NCBI GenBank assembly: GCA_038883795.1
Contig: JAVZLK010000004.1
Location: 1 to 64,000, forward strand
Source of the DNA: Candidatus Bathyarchaeia archaeon
Lineage (GTDB): Archaea > Thermoproteota > Bathyarchaeia > Bathyarchaeales > Bathycorpusculaceae
Length of the DNA: 64,000 bases
Direction of reading: 5' to 3'
Part shown: positions 19,543-28,332 of the stretch, piece after piece
Layout: every line of letters begins with the position of its first letter
Numbering within the stretch: position 1 is the stretch's first letter
Program-made: the position numbers and the translations under genes
Notes under the pieces: model-generated
The model's database searches: none
What the model was told of the DNA's origin: nothing
What the model saw: only the letters and a program-made list of their open reading frames with translations

Positions 19543-20301
19543 TTAATCAAGCTTATCGATCCGCTTAACCCTTTCAGCTATTGACGGATGAGTCTCAGAC
19601 GGTTCTTCCAAGCTCTTTCCATTCGCAAATTTCAACAAGGCTGACTTAATGTGCCCTTTACCAACAAGTTTAGCAGCAAACCTATCAGCGTCCAGTTCAG
19701 TATACCAGTTTATAGGAATCATAACCAAAAACACAAAAGCTAACACAGAAATATTCAACATAACCGTCAAAATAATCTGCGTTACAGATTCAGAAAAGAA
19801 AATCGGCGAATATAGCTTAGACCAACTCAACATCAAAACAGTAAAAAGAAGGACAAACCAAACAATTCTGACAACCACATGCCTTCTCTTCATATGCCCC
19901 AACTCATGAGCAACCACAGCTTGACGCTCATCAAAACTCAGCTTCTTCAGCAAATCTATTCCAAGCACCAGCGACTTTCCCATAACATAAGCAGTATCAG
20001 CTCTCACTATCCCAAGCTCCTTAACCTCAACACCAGCTCTCTTGGACAAACCCAAAATCTCAGCAGAAACCGGAAGCTTAACCCTACTTTTATGTAATGC
20101 AAACTGTCTAAAAGTCAAAATAAAATGAGACGCGGCAACAGGCAAGAAAAAAGCACTCGCCACAATAAACACAACGAACGCTACAAGCTTGACAATCATA
20201 AACGGAAAAGTGCCAAAAAGAGTCATCGCCAAAACAACAAGATAATACAATGCAAACCTTTTCCTGAAACTTTTGATAAAATTCCAAAATTCACGCAGCA
20301 T
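19543..20301 (-). CDS. M48 (HtpX/Ste24-like) membrane zinc metalloprotease
   Basis: AHELGH, ELDADRFA, THPSIAER; ATG 20301 after GAGGT. Confidence 0.9.
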   Translation of the reverse strand: MLREFWNFIKSFRKRFALYYLVVLAMTLFGTFPFMIVKLVAFVVFIVASAFFLPVAASHFILTFRQFALHKSRVKLPVSAEILGLSKRAGVEVKELGIVRADTAYVMGKSLVLGIDLLKKLSFDERQAVVAHELGHMKRRHVVVRIVWFVLLFTVLMLSWSKLYSPIFFSESVTQIILTVMLNISVLAFVFLVMIPINWYTELDADRFAAKLVGKGHIKSALLKFANGKSLEEPSETHPSIAERVKRIDKLD

Positions 20302-20305
20302 ATCA

Positions 20306-20515
20306 CTACCTCTTTTTCGTGATTTTCTCCTTTGTTTCCTGCTGCAACTTCGAAATCTCATTTAAGTTTGAAACAACCTCTTCAGGAAATTGAAAACCTT
20401 TGCTAACCAAGAACTCTATCAATTCGCTGCGGCTCATTCCAAGAGCTTTCGATGTCTTATCTATTTTCTCAACACTTTCTTCAGAAAGCGCGAAGCTTAT
20501 AATCTTCTTTGGCAT
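20306..20515 (-). CDS. CopG/RHH regulator
   Basis: IISFALSEESVEKIDKTSKALGMSRSELIEFL. Confidence 0.85.
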   Translation of the reverse strand: MPKKIISFALSEESVEKIDKTSKALGMSRSELIEFLVSKGFQFPEEVVSNLNEISKLQQETKEKITKKR

Positions 20516-20665
20516 AATAAATTATTAATCTTAATAGCCATATAAAACTTACGCTGCAAACTCTTCTTGTTTGGTCTGCAACTTAGAAGTCTTTAAAGAT
20601 CATCAATTTATGCATCCAAAGTTATGTATTTATGCTGAAATTGCTTATTTGTAACTGGGAATAAC

Positions 20666-23600
20666 TTGATTTCGAAAGAAGATATCGAGAATATGGCGGC
20701 AGAAATCGCTGCAGAGTACGCACATTCTCCTATAAGACTTATTGAAGATTCCAGATCTGAAAGGAATATTGCAGAGAGTGAACAGGGAAGATATGTCCTC
20801 GAGCTTCTACAAAATGCAGATGACGCACAAATACCAGATACTTCAGATGACACTATCAAAATTGGGCAACCTGAAGTTGTTTTTTTGGTCACAGATAAAT
20901 ATCTCTATTGCGCGAACGGTGGCTTTCCAATATCAAAAGAAGGACTAAGGTCAATTTGCCGTGCCTTCTTAAGTCCTAAGAGAAAAAACGCTCCGGTGAT
21001 CGGTTTTAAAGGTATAGGTTTTAAATCAGTCTTAGCGTTAACGGAACAGCCTGAAATTTTTTGGTCGGATGGAGGTGTTTACTTCTCGAGAGAACGAACT
21101 TTTGAATATTTAAAACTAAAAGCACCCAATGCCTTAGCTGATGTAAATCCTGATGAGGTGCCAATCCTTAGATGCCCTCATCCCATCGATCTGAATTTAG
21201 CGCTCAAAGAAGACCCAACTCTCAAGAGTTTACTAACCAATTCAGCAACAGTGTTTCGATTCCCGCTGATCAATGACACAACCAGACAGAATCTCGTTAA
21301 CAGGCTTAATGATATTAAAGCTTCAACGGTGCTGTTTCTAAATAATCTTAAAACAATCAAGATCGTAATTGATGGAGACGTCAAAATCTACAGGATTTCA
21401 AAAGAGAACGCTAAATTTGATGAGGGAAATGGTGTCACTTATGACATTGCCCATGCGCACATACAAGATGAGGAAAGCAAGTCTAACTGGATAATAATTT
21501 CGGGTATTTATAAACTTCCTCTTGAAATAAAAAAACGATTGTCGCTTACTTGGAAGGATACTGATTATATAAGAATATCTTATGCCGTTGAAGTGAATGA
21601 TTTAGGCAAACCTATTCCGTGTTCAGAGTACCCCCTTCTGCATGTGTTCTTTCCTACGGAGGAACGAATTCCGTTTCGAATACTCATACACGGAACTTTC
21701 AAAACCAATGTGGATAGACGTCTTTTGACCCAAGAAGATCCGTTGAACGACTACGCCATAACAAAGTCTATTGAACTACTTAGAGACAAAGTATTACCCC
21801 TAATATCAGAAGAACTCGATGACCCAGGCAAAATTATGGATTTTCTTCAACCTCCTAAAGACTTAAACATATCAAGCACGGAAGGGAAGATATGGACTGA
21901 ATTGTGCGAAGACCTCAGAAATCATAAATTTGTGCCAAACCGTCGCAATAACAAAAAGCTTTCTCCACAAGAAGTGATCTTGTCCCCTATCCCACGTGAT
22001 GTGGAAGTTTTCAAATATCTCACTGAAAATAAACTAACTGACAGGTTTTGCTATGATACTATTGACATAAACGAAGACAGACGGCAAACATTGCAAAACT
22101 TTGGCGCAAAGGTTTTAGAAGTGACAGAATTGCCTAAATTTTTCGAGGATAACTTTACCCATGAAATCAAATGGGTTGCAAATATGTATGCACTTTTGGA
22201 TAACATTTCAAGCTATTTAGAATCTATCAATCCAACGCAAAAGAAAGTATTTATTGAAGAGATCAAAAAGAGAAAATTGCTTCTTCTCGCAGGCGGTGAA
22301 ACAGTAGCCGCGGAATTGATAACCCATGAAGGGGCGATTTTCTTCCCTCCGACAGCAGCTGTGCCAACTCCCCCCAAAGGATTAAATTTGCGTTTTCTGG
22401 AACGTTCAGTAATAGACGAGTATCTAAAAATCATTTCGAAGACGGTGAGACAGACATTCTTCGTAAGAGATCTCGAAATCGAGGAATATGCCGCAATTCC
22501 AGTAATTACGAAGATTATCCTTCCTGCCATAAGAGAATTCTGGCAGCAATGGCCTACTAAAAAGATCTTTGAACCAGAAAAAGTATTGCAGTTTCTTTAC
22601 GCTCTTTTAGGCGATGATCTGCCTAAAGATGAACGGTTAAAGGCGATAAGTCTAATGCCAGTCCCCGTAAAGGGTGAGCCCTATTATGCTCCTGCATGTG
22701 ATACATATGCGTCGAAAGAATGGACTGGAAATGATAGCCTCGAATTCATTTATGGTTCCGAGTCTGCCTTCTTAGCTCCTCCCGATAACATGTTGAATGA
22801 TGAGCTATTTGGAAAAATGAAATTGTTTTATCAATGGCTTGGAGTAGCTTGGCTACCACGAATTATCTCACAATTCAAGGATTTTGAAGAAAACAAATGG
22901 CGTTCATGTCGTTGGACATATGAAAAACGCTTTGAAAGCCCCCACTCTAAACTTCCGAATTGGGAAAAGTATTGCAAAACGGTTTACGAAGAATGCGAAC
23001 CTCTTGGCGGCGAAAGCCCATTTCAAAAATATGAAACATTGTTAGAAACCTCTTGGGCTCTTGATAGATTTGACAAAATAGTAACAGACCCTGAGAAATC
23101 CAGAAGGCTTTTGTCAATACTCGCTGCCAACTGGGACACGCATTACTCTAAATTTGTAAAGTGTACAGTTCTTTGGCGCACCAAGTCGCAACAATACTAC
23201 CGATTTTCGGAGGTTACTTCGTACTTCTTTTGGCAATTGACCCGTAGTTCATGGGTACCGTCATCAAAATTTGATATTTGGTCGTTCAGAAAACCCTCTG
23301 AGCTGTTCATCAAAACAGAATCTGTTTACAATGAACTTGGCGATCTAATACCGTATGTTGAAGTTAGTACAGATGGAGAACGCATACTACTTACAAGGCT
23401 TGGAGTAAAAACGAGTCTTGATGACTTAACAGCAGAAGATTGGTGGCGCATAGCAATAGACATACCTCGATTATTAAATCCTGATGAAAGAGTTGTACGG
23501 CCTCTTTACCGAAAAATGATGCAAGTAAAAGACATAGAAAAAGAGAGTAATAACAGAACAGATTTTATGTCAAACGGTAAGCTTTTGGCATTAGTAAATG

Positions 23601-24958
23601 GTAAACCAGAATTTGTCGATAGAGACGAAGTTTGGTATGTTGAAAGTGAAGAATTCAGAAGACTGTTTGGTAAACACATTCCAATATTCATTATACAGCA
23701 TGAAGAGAGAAGAGGAGCCGCAATAAAGAGAACTTTTGAGATAAACGTGCTTGAGGATTATCTGCACCCAGAATTAGAAATTGGTGAAGAAGACAAACCG
23801 ACATCAGATATGTTAAATCAGTTTTTGGATAGTGTTAAGGCATTTTTAGTAGCAAGAGTCTATGCACAAAGACCAAGCAGAGAAGACGAAGATGTCTCAG
23901 CTATAAGGCGACTTAAATTGAAGACCGTTAAGTCACTAAAAGTAAGTTATAACCTAAATCTCGGAGACAAAACAATTGAAGTCGCATCCGATAAGGGAAC
24001 ATACTTGGATAAACAGAACAGCATCATTTTTATCGATGCTGGAAGATTCCATGTAAAAGACTTGAAAGCTATAGAAGAAGATCCAAAGTTAGCCAGTGAA
24101 TTGGGCGTGCAAATTGCTTATTATTTGGGTATAGACCTTGCTAATGATTTCATGCTTTTGATAAAGAGCAATGACGAGTTGAGATACGAAATTTTGGACA
24201 GGGCGAACGTTTCGAAAATGGACATTGAAAACTTTAGGATCTCTTTAAAGCAGGAAGCGGTACCAAGACTTCCTATTGTTACCGCTATACCTACCGTCCA
24301 GCAAACTCCGCAGCTCATGGTTCATATAACATCAACGCCAACTATTAGCGAAAATTTGCCACAACCTCAAATTAGACCTTTGGAACTTTGGACGCCATCA
24401 GAATTAGGTTTCAAAGAACCTATCGAGATGACCCCAACTCCCGAAATGAAACATGCTGCATCCGGCTCTGGTAGTGGAAGTGGAACATCACATCCTGCTT
24501 ACATAAGCGATCAAGAAGAACGCAAGAAAGTCGATCAAGCAGGTATTGACCTTGTGAAAGCATATGAAAAGCATAGACATGAACAGGAACATAACTGTTC
24601 TCCCACAATAGAATCACGAGAGAAACAGAGCTGTGGTTATGATATCATTTCAGAATGTGACGTGGAAACCAGGCGTATAGAAGTGAAATCCTCGAAAGGA
24701 GACATGCAAGTTGTCGAACTTACTGCACTCGAATGGGATGCAGCTCGAAATGCAGAAAATCGTGACAATCATTTTCTTTACAGAGTGAGGTATTTGGATA
24801 AAAGAAGCGGAAAAGAACCTGAGATAGTGATAATAAGAAATCCATATTCTGCATTAATAGGAGAACCAACAAGGTTTAAAGTGCGCCTTAATAAACTGCA
24901 AGGCAAGATGCAAATTGTCCAATTAACGAGATCAGAAAAAGAGCCAAATGCTCAATAG
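20666..24958 (+). CDS. Sacsin-like GHKL ATPase with C-terminal DUF3883 (NO VEIN-like) PD-(D/E)xK nuclease
   Basis: YVLELLQNADDA, ANGG, IGFKGIGFKSV; C-terminal GYDIIS..RRIEVKSS. Confidence 0.85.
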   Translation: MISKEDIENMAAEIAAEYAHSPIRLIEDSRSERNIAESEQGRYVLELLQNADDAQIPDTSDDTIKIGQPEVVFLVTDKYLYCANGGFPISKEGLRSICRAFLSPKRKNAPVIGFKGIGFKSVLALTEQPEIFWSDGGVYFSRERTFEYLKLKAPNALADVNPDEVPILRCPHPIDLNLALKEDPTLKSLLTNSATVFRFPLINDTTRQNLVNRLNDIKASTVLFLNNLKTIKIVIDGDVKIYRISKENAKFDEGNGVTYDIAHAHIQDEESKSNWIIISGIYKLPLEIKKRLSLTWKDTDYIRISYAVEVNDLGKPIPCSEYPLLHVFFPTEERIPFRILIHGTFKTNVDRRLLTQEDPLNDYAITKSIELLRDKVLPLISEELDDPGKIMDFLQPPKDLNISSTEGKIWTELCEDLRNHKFVPNRRNNKKLSPQEVILSPIPRDVEVFKYLTENKLTDRFCYDTIDINEDRRQTLQNFGAKVLEVTELPKFFEDNFTHEIKWVANMYALLDNISSYLESINPTQKKVFIEEIKKRKLLLLAGGETVAAELITHEGAIFFPPTAAVPTPPKGLNLRFLERSVIDEYLKIISKTVRQTFFVRDLEIEEYAAIPVITKIILPAIREFWQQWPTKKIFEPEKVLQFLYALLGDDLPKDERLKAISLMPVPVKGEPYYAPACDTYASKEWTGNDSLEFIYGSESAFLAPPDNMLNDELFGKMKLFYQWLGVAWLPRIISQFKDFEENKWRSCRWTYEKRFESPHSKLPNWEKYCKTVYEECEPLGGESPFQKYETLLETSWALDRFDKIVTDPEKSRRLLSILAANWDTHYSKFVKCTVLWRTKSQQYYRFSEVTSYFFWQLTRSSWVPSSKFDIWSFRKPSELFIKTESVYNELGDLIPYVEVSTDGERILLTRLGVKTSLDDLTAEDWWRIAIDIPRLLNPDERVVRPLYRKMMQVKDIEKESNNRTDFMSNGKLLALVNGKPEFVDRDEVWYVESEEFRRLFGKHIPIFIIQHEERRGAAIKRTFEINVLEDYLHPELEIGEEDKPTSDMLNQFLDSVKAFLVARVYAQRPSREDEDVSAIRRLKLKTVKSLKVSYNLNLGDKTIEVASDKGTYLDKQNSIIFIDAGRFHVKDLKAIEEDPKLASELGVQIAYYLGIDLANDFMLLIKSNDELRYEILDRANVSKMDIENFRISLKQEAVPRLPIVTAIPTVQQTPQLMVHITSTPTISENLPQPQIRPLELWTPSELGFKEPIEMTPTPEMKHAASGSGSGSGTSHPAYISDQEERKKVDQAGIDLVKAYEKHRHEQEHNCSPTIESREKQSCGYDIISECDVETRRIEVKSSKGDMQVVELTALEWDAARNAENRDNHFLYRVRYLDKRSGKEPEIVIIRNPYSALIGEPTRFKVRLNKLQGKMQIVQLTRSEKEPNAQ

Positions 24959-25012
24959 TATTGAGCAAGCTTTTGCTCAATACTGCTTATAAATGCTCAA
25001 CGTAATTGAGCA
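24946..25012. repeat. Cluster of five TGCTCAA/TTGAGCA half-sites forming nested palindromes
   Basis: AAATGCTCAA-N5-TTGAGCA at 24946-24967 and 24991-25012; 12-bp perfect inverted repeat 24957-24968/24973-24984. Confidence 0.8.
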
Positions 25013-25139
25013 GCCTGATTGCCAAATCATAATAACAGTTATAACGAAAAATAACCAAAGAGTACATCCTAACAAGCGTGCCAATAAATTCAACCAAAAA
25101 TAGAGAAAAAAAGGAATCTGTGAGTGATAGTCAAGTATT

Positions 25140-25277
25140 TTAGTAGCGTGAAAACCTGTATGCGCAGTTTCGGCACAGATACCGCTGAACCTCTCCTTGA
25201 CGAGTATACCTGATACCATCCTTATACACGCGTTCGCAACCACACATAGGACACTTAACAGCCTTCTCATCCGCCAC
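25140..25277 (-). CDS. IS1 InsA-like Zn-ribbon peptide (45 aa)
   Basis: GGAGGTGA RBS then MADEKAVKCPMCGCERVYKDGIRYTRQGEVQRYLCRNCAYRFSRY; not in the ORF track. Confidence 0.75.
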   Translation of the reverse strand: MADEKAVKCPMCGCERVYKDGIRYTRQGEVQRYLCRNCAYRFSRY

Positions 25278-25371
25278 CGATTTCACCTCCATTTGCTAAT
25301 TTACCGCTCATTTGAGAAAAATTCTAAAAAAGAGGGATTTGCGGGAGAGAATTCGCCGTTTTCTCTGAAAA

Positions 25372-25385
25372 TAGGGCAACCCCGC
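25372..25385 (+). repeat. att core, distal copy of the tRNA-Ser 5' end
   Basis: TAGGGCAACCCCGC, identical to 7433-7446. Confidence 0.8.
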
Positions 25386-25534
25386 GCTGTGTTTATTTTT
25401 GTTGGGGTTGCTTTTGTGTTTTTTGTTATGGGGTAAAGGTTCTTGAGTTTTTGGTTTCGTTTGCTGGAAATGTTTTAAATTATTGTGTGGTTTTTTGTTA
25501 TGGTTTTTTGGTCTAGATTATTGTTCCATGGGTG

Positions 25535-25643
25535 TTTATATGTGGTTGTTGTTAGACATATTGTTTGGTTAGGCAGTTTAGCCGGCTAGTTGCACTGTGA
25601 TGTGGTTAGGCCGCGGCTTAGCCCGTGCCGAGGGTGGGGCACG
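25535..25643 (+). promoter_or_regulatory. TATA box plus GC-rich structured 5' leader of the filament operon
   Basis: TTTATAT at 25535; stems AGCC/GGCT and CGTGCC/GGCACG in an otherwise AT-rich region. Confidence 0.45.
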
Positions 25644-25675
25644 TTAAATATACCCAAAAGAGGAGAAGGAGAGTG

Positions 25676-26284
25676 ATGAAAGAAATGGATACTAAGAAGT
25701 TGATGGCTACGTTTGCAATATTAATGATAGTTTTAGGCGTTGCAGGATTCGCTTATGCGCACTGGAGCGAGAAATTATACTTGATTGGTACGGTTAATAC
25801 TGGTAGTGTATGTGCTGAATGGTCTTTTAGTGCCGAATTGATTAATAATACTAAGCCAAATTATGGACCTGTTGCCACACTCACATACAATTTTAGTGAT
25901 ACTGACCAAGATGGTTGCAATGACACGTTGACTGTGACTCTTAACAACGCTTATCCAAGTTTGACAGTTGAAGGAATGATTGACGTTCACAACTGTGGAA
26001 CAATACCAATAGGAATATATGACTATGATTGGACTATATCAGGCGATCAAAGAATTGTGGGCGCTGTTGAACTCAAAAATGTGGACTTTTACTTGAAGGC
26101 GCCAAACGGCACAACATACCCAATAACAGTGGACATTGAAGATTGGATTAGAACAGAGAACCAGATTGACCCATGTTGGTCGCTTGTATGCGAATTCGAA
26201 ATACACTTCACAGAAGCCTTACCAGAAAATGCAACAGCAACAATTAACGCATGGATAGAGTTCTGGAACTGGAACGAACTCTAA
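25676..26284 (+). CDS. TasA/CalY-like filament subunit with SipW-class signal peptide
   Basis: TM signal ending GFAYA-HWSEKLYLIGTVNTG; NAYP, HNCGTIP, QIDPC. ORF track start is 25625. Confidence 0.75.
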   Translation: MKEMDTKKLMATFAILMIVLGVAGFAYAHWSEKLYLIGTVNTGSVCAEWSFSAELINNTKPNYGPVATLTYNFSDTDQDGCNDTLTVTLNNAYPSLTVEGMIDVHNCGTIPIGIYDYDWTISGDQRIVGAVELKNVDFYLKAPNGTTYPITVDIEDWIRTENQIDPCWSLVCEFEIHFTEALPENATATINAWIEFWNWNEL

Positions 26285-26302
26285 ACGGACAGGTGATAAC
26301 CA

Positions 26303-26944
26303 ATGACGCTCTTAAAGAAGTCTAAAACAGCAGTGCCCGCAATTGCCGCCATCGCATTAGTAGCTTTGGCAATTGTAGGCTTCACATACGCTCACTGGAG
26401 CGAAACACTATGGCTAAACGGCACAGTAAACACAGGCAACATGTGCGCCGAATTCAAACCTCCAATAACACGCACGGATACTGGACTTGACTGGAGCTGT
26501 GGAGAAAACTTCACAAATCCTGACCCACATCAGATTGATAAAGACATAGGAAGCAGCAATGCATACTTTATGGATGTAAACCAAGACGGATGCAACGACA
26601 CAATAGTAATAGAATTAAACCATGTTTACCCATGTTACTATGAACACATGTCATTCTGGATACACAACTGTGGAACAATACCATGGAGAATATGGCGTGT
26701 AATATTTAACCCAGGAAACGTAACACTATACGATCGCGGATACTTAAACTTAGATTTAAATAACGATACAAAAGCTGACATAGAAATATACTGGGGCAAC
26801 AACTTCGGCGACCAAGTAGACCCATGCAGTAAAGTAGACTTAAGCTTTGAACTTCACATTCTGCAACCAATTCCACAAAATTCCACACTGACATTCACAG
26901 TCACCATTGAAATGGTTAACTGGAACGAATATCCACCGCCATAA
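26303..26944 (+). CDS. TasA/CalY-like filament subunit, paralog 2
   Basis: GFTYA-HWSETLWLNGTVNTG; DGCND, HNCGTIP, QVDPC shared with the upstream paralog. Confidence 0.75.
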   Translation: MTLLKKSKTAVPAIAAIALVALAIVGFTYAHWSETLWLNGTVNTGNMCAEFKPPITRTDTGLDWSCGENFTNPDPHQIDKDIGSSNAYFMDVNQDGCNDTIVIELNHVYPCYYEHMSFWIHNCGTIPWRIWRVIFNPGNVTLYDRGYLNLDLNNDTKADIEIYWGNNFGDQVDPCSKVDLSFELHILQPIPQNSTLTFTVTIEMVNWNEYPPP

Positions 26945-27015
26945 ACAACTTTGAAGAAACACACACAAATCCCCCTTTTTAGTTTAATTTATGTGCACCT
27001 TGCGGAATAGGAAAA

Positions 27016-28332
27016 ATGAAGTACATATTCGGGATTCCCGTTCTAATCTTAACCGTTTACCTACTCACAAACCTATTTGTTCCATATGTCTTCGGGGGCG
27101 AAATGATATTTATTATGGATGCCCTCTTATGGGCAATTATAATCCCGCTTACAATTTTAATTTCAAAACTAACAAAAACAAACCTTCTCCAAACGGATAA
27201 AACCCTAATCCAACTCGCCACAATAATCGCAGTATTCCAAGTTTTCCTTTCAGTTTTTATGGCGTTTTTCATTGGTTTCGGCAAAAACGCCCTCACATGG
27301 ACGCCAAGGGCATTAGCCATATACTTCCCATTCTTACTCACGCCTTTCTTGGCAACCGAAATTTCACGGGCTTACCTCGCCCAAACAGTAAGCAAACACA
27401 AACCAACCATGGCAATATTGCTCATAAGCATATTCTACACGCTTTTAACGCCAACAATACCCTACTATTTAGACTTAACATCGCCCCTCGCCATAGCAGA
27501 ATTCCTAATCCGCACACTCATCCCAACCCTCGCCACAAGCCTATTAGCCACATACTTCGCCTATCTAGGCGGCTTACCCGCAAACCTAACGTATATGGCT
27601 GTTCCAGTCTTCTTCACATGGTTCAGCCCCATACTTCCAAACATTCAATGGCAAACCCAATCCATATTAACCGTAACAGCCACAACCATAGGCTTCATAA
27701 TCCTAGACCAAACAGTAAAACCTTTACCAACAGCCAAAGAACGCCGAATCCACCGCATCCGCCTAACCAGAAAAGGCAAAAGCCAAACCATATACTGGAC
27801 AGCCATCGCCCTAATAGCCGTAATCGCAGTATGGTCAACAACAGGCTTACTGGGCTTCACACCAACAATAATCGCAAGCGGAAGCATGCAGCCAACACTT
27901 AATCCAGGCGACATAGCCATAGTAATAGCAACACCAGCAAAAACCATCAAAATAGGCGACATAATTCAATACCAAGCAACCGCACAAGCACCAACAATAC
28001 ACCGCGTCATAGACAAATACACATCCGGCGGAACCTTATGGTTCATAACCCAAGGCGACGCTAATAATGCTCCAGACAACCCCGTAAACGAACAACAAAT
28101 AATGGGCAAAGTAGTCTTAACAATACCAAAACTTGGCTGGATAAGCATATACCTAAAAGAATTCTTCGCAAGCGCCTACACGTTCTTCACAACAACATTG
28201 CCAAACGCCATAACAGAAGGCACAGCATTCACATTAAAAAACGGAGTCTACATAACAACAGCCCTCGCCCTAACCGCGTACTCATACTTACTACTCACAT
28301 ACCACGCAACAAAAAAGGAGGAAAAAACATGA
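27016..28332 (+). CDS. sipW: Signal peptidase I (SipW/S26 type) fused to an N-terminal multi-TM domain
   Basis: IASGSMQPTLNPGD, TIHRV, TQGDANNAPD catalytic motifs; about 7 TM helices upstream. Confidence 0.85.
   Translation: MKYIFGIPVLILTVYLLTNLFVPYVFGGEMIFIMDALLWAIIIPLTILISKLTKTNLLQTDKTLIQLATIIAVFQVFLSVFMAFFIGFGKNALTWTPRALAIYFPFLLTPFLATEISRAYLAQTVSKHKPTMAILLISIFYTLLTPTIPYYLDLTSPLAIAEFLIRTLIPTLATSLLATYFAYLGGLPANLTYMAVPVFFTWFSPILPNIQWQTQSILTVTATTIGFIILDQTVKPLPTAKERRIHRIRLTRKGKSQTIYWTAIALIAVIAVWSTTGLLGFTPTIIASGSMQPTLNPGDIAIVIATPAKTIKIGDIIQYQATAQAPTIHRVIDKYTSGGTLWFITQGDANNAPDNPVNEQQIMGKVVLTIPKLGWISIYLKEFFASAYTFFTTTLPNAITEGTAFTLKNGVYITTALALTAYSYLLLTYHATKKEEKT

Larger units (their letters stand above)
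7433..25385. mobile_element. ~18-kb integrative defence island inserted at the 5' end of tRNA-Ser(GCT)
   Basis: 14-bp direct repeat TAGGGCAACCCCGC at 7433-7446 and 25372-25385; tyrosine integrase next to the tRNA; RM/nuclease cargo. Confidence 0.85.

Noticed and set aside
24946-25012. Mini CRISPR array
   Set aside because: Only two imperfect 22-bp units with a self-similar spacer, and no cas genes.
25140-25277. IS1 insertion sequence
   Set aside because: No InsB DDE domain or terminal inverted repeats were seen.
24977-25436. Track ORFs 24977-25270 (-) and 25197-25436 (+)
   Set aside because: Shadow frames. The true coding frame is the 45-aa Zn ribbon with an RBS (25140-25277).
25571-25643. 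Resemblance of the antisense strand to a c-di-GMP-I riboswitch (AAGCC..GGCCTAA; also GCAAAGCC near 57171)
   Set aside because: Wrong strand for the downstream genes, and no GAAA tetraloop P2. Kept only as an unnamed leader motif.
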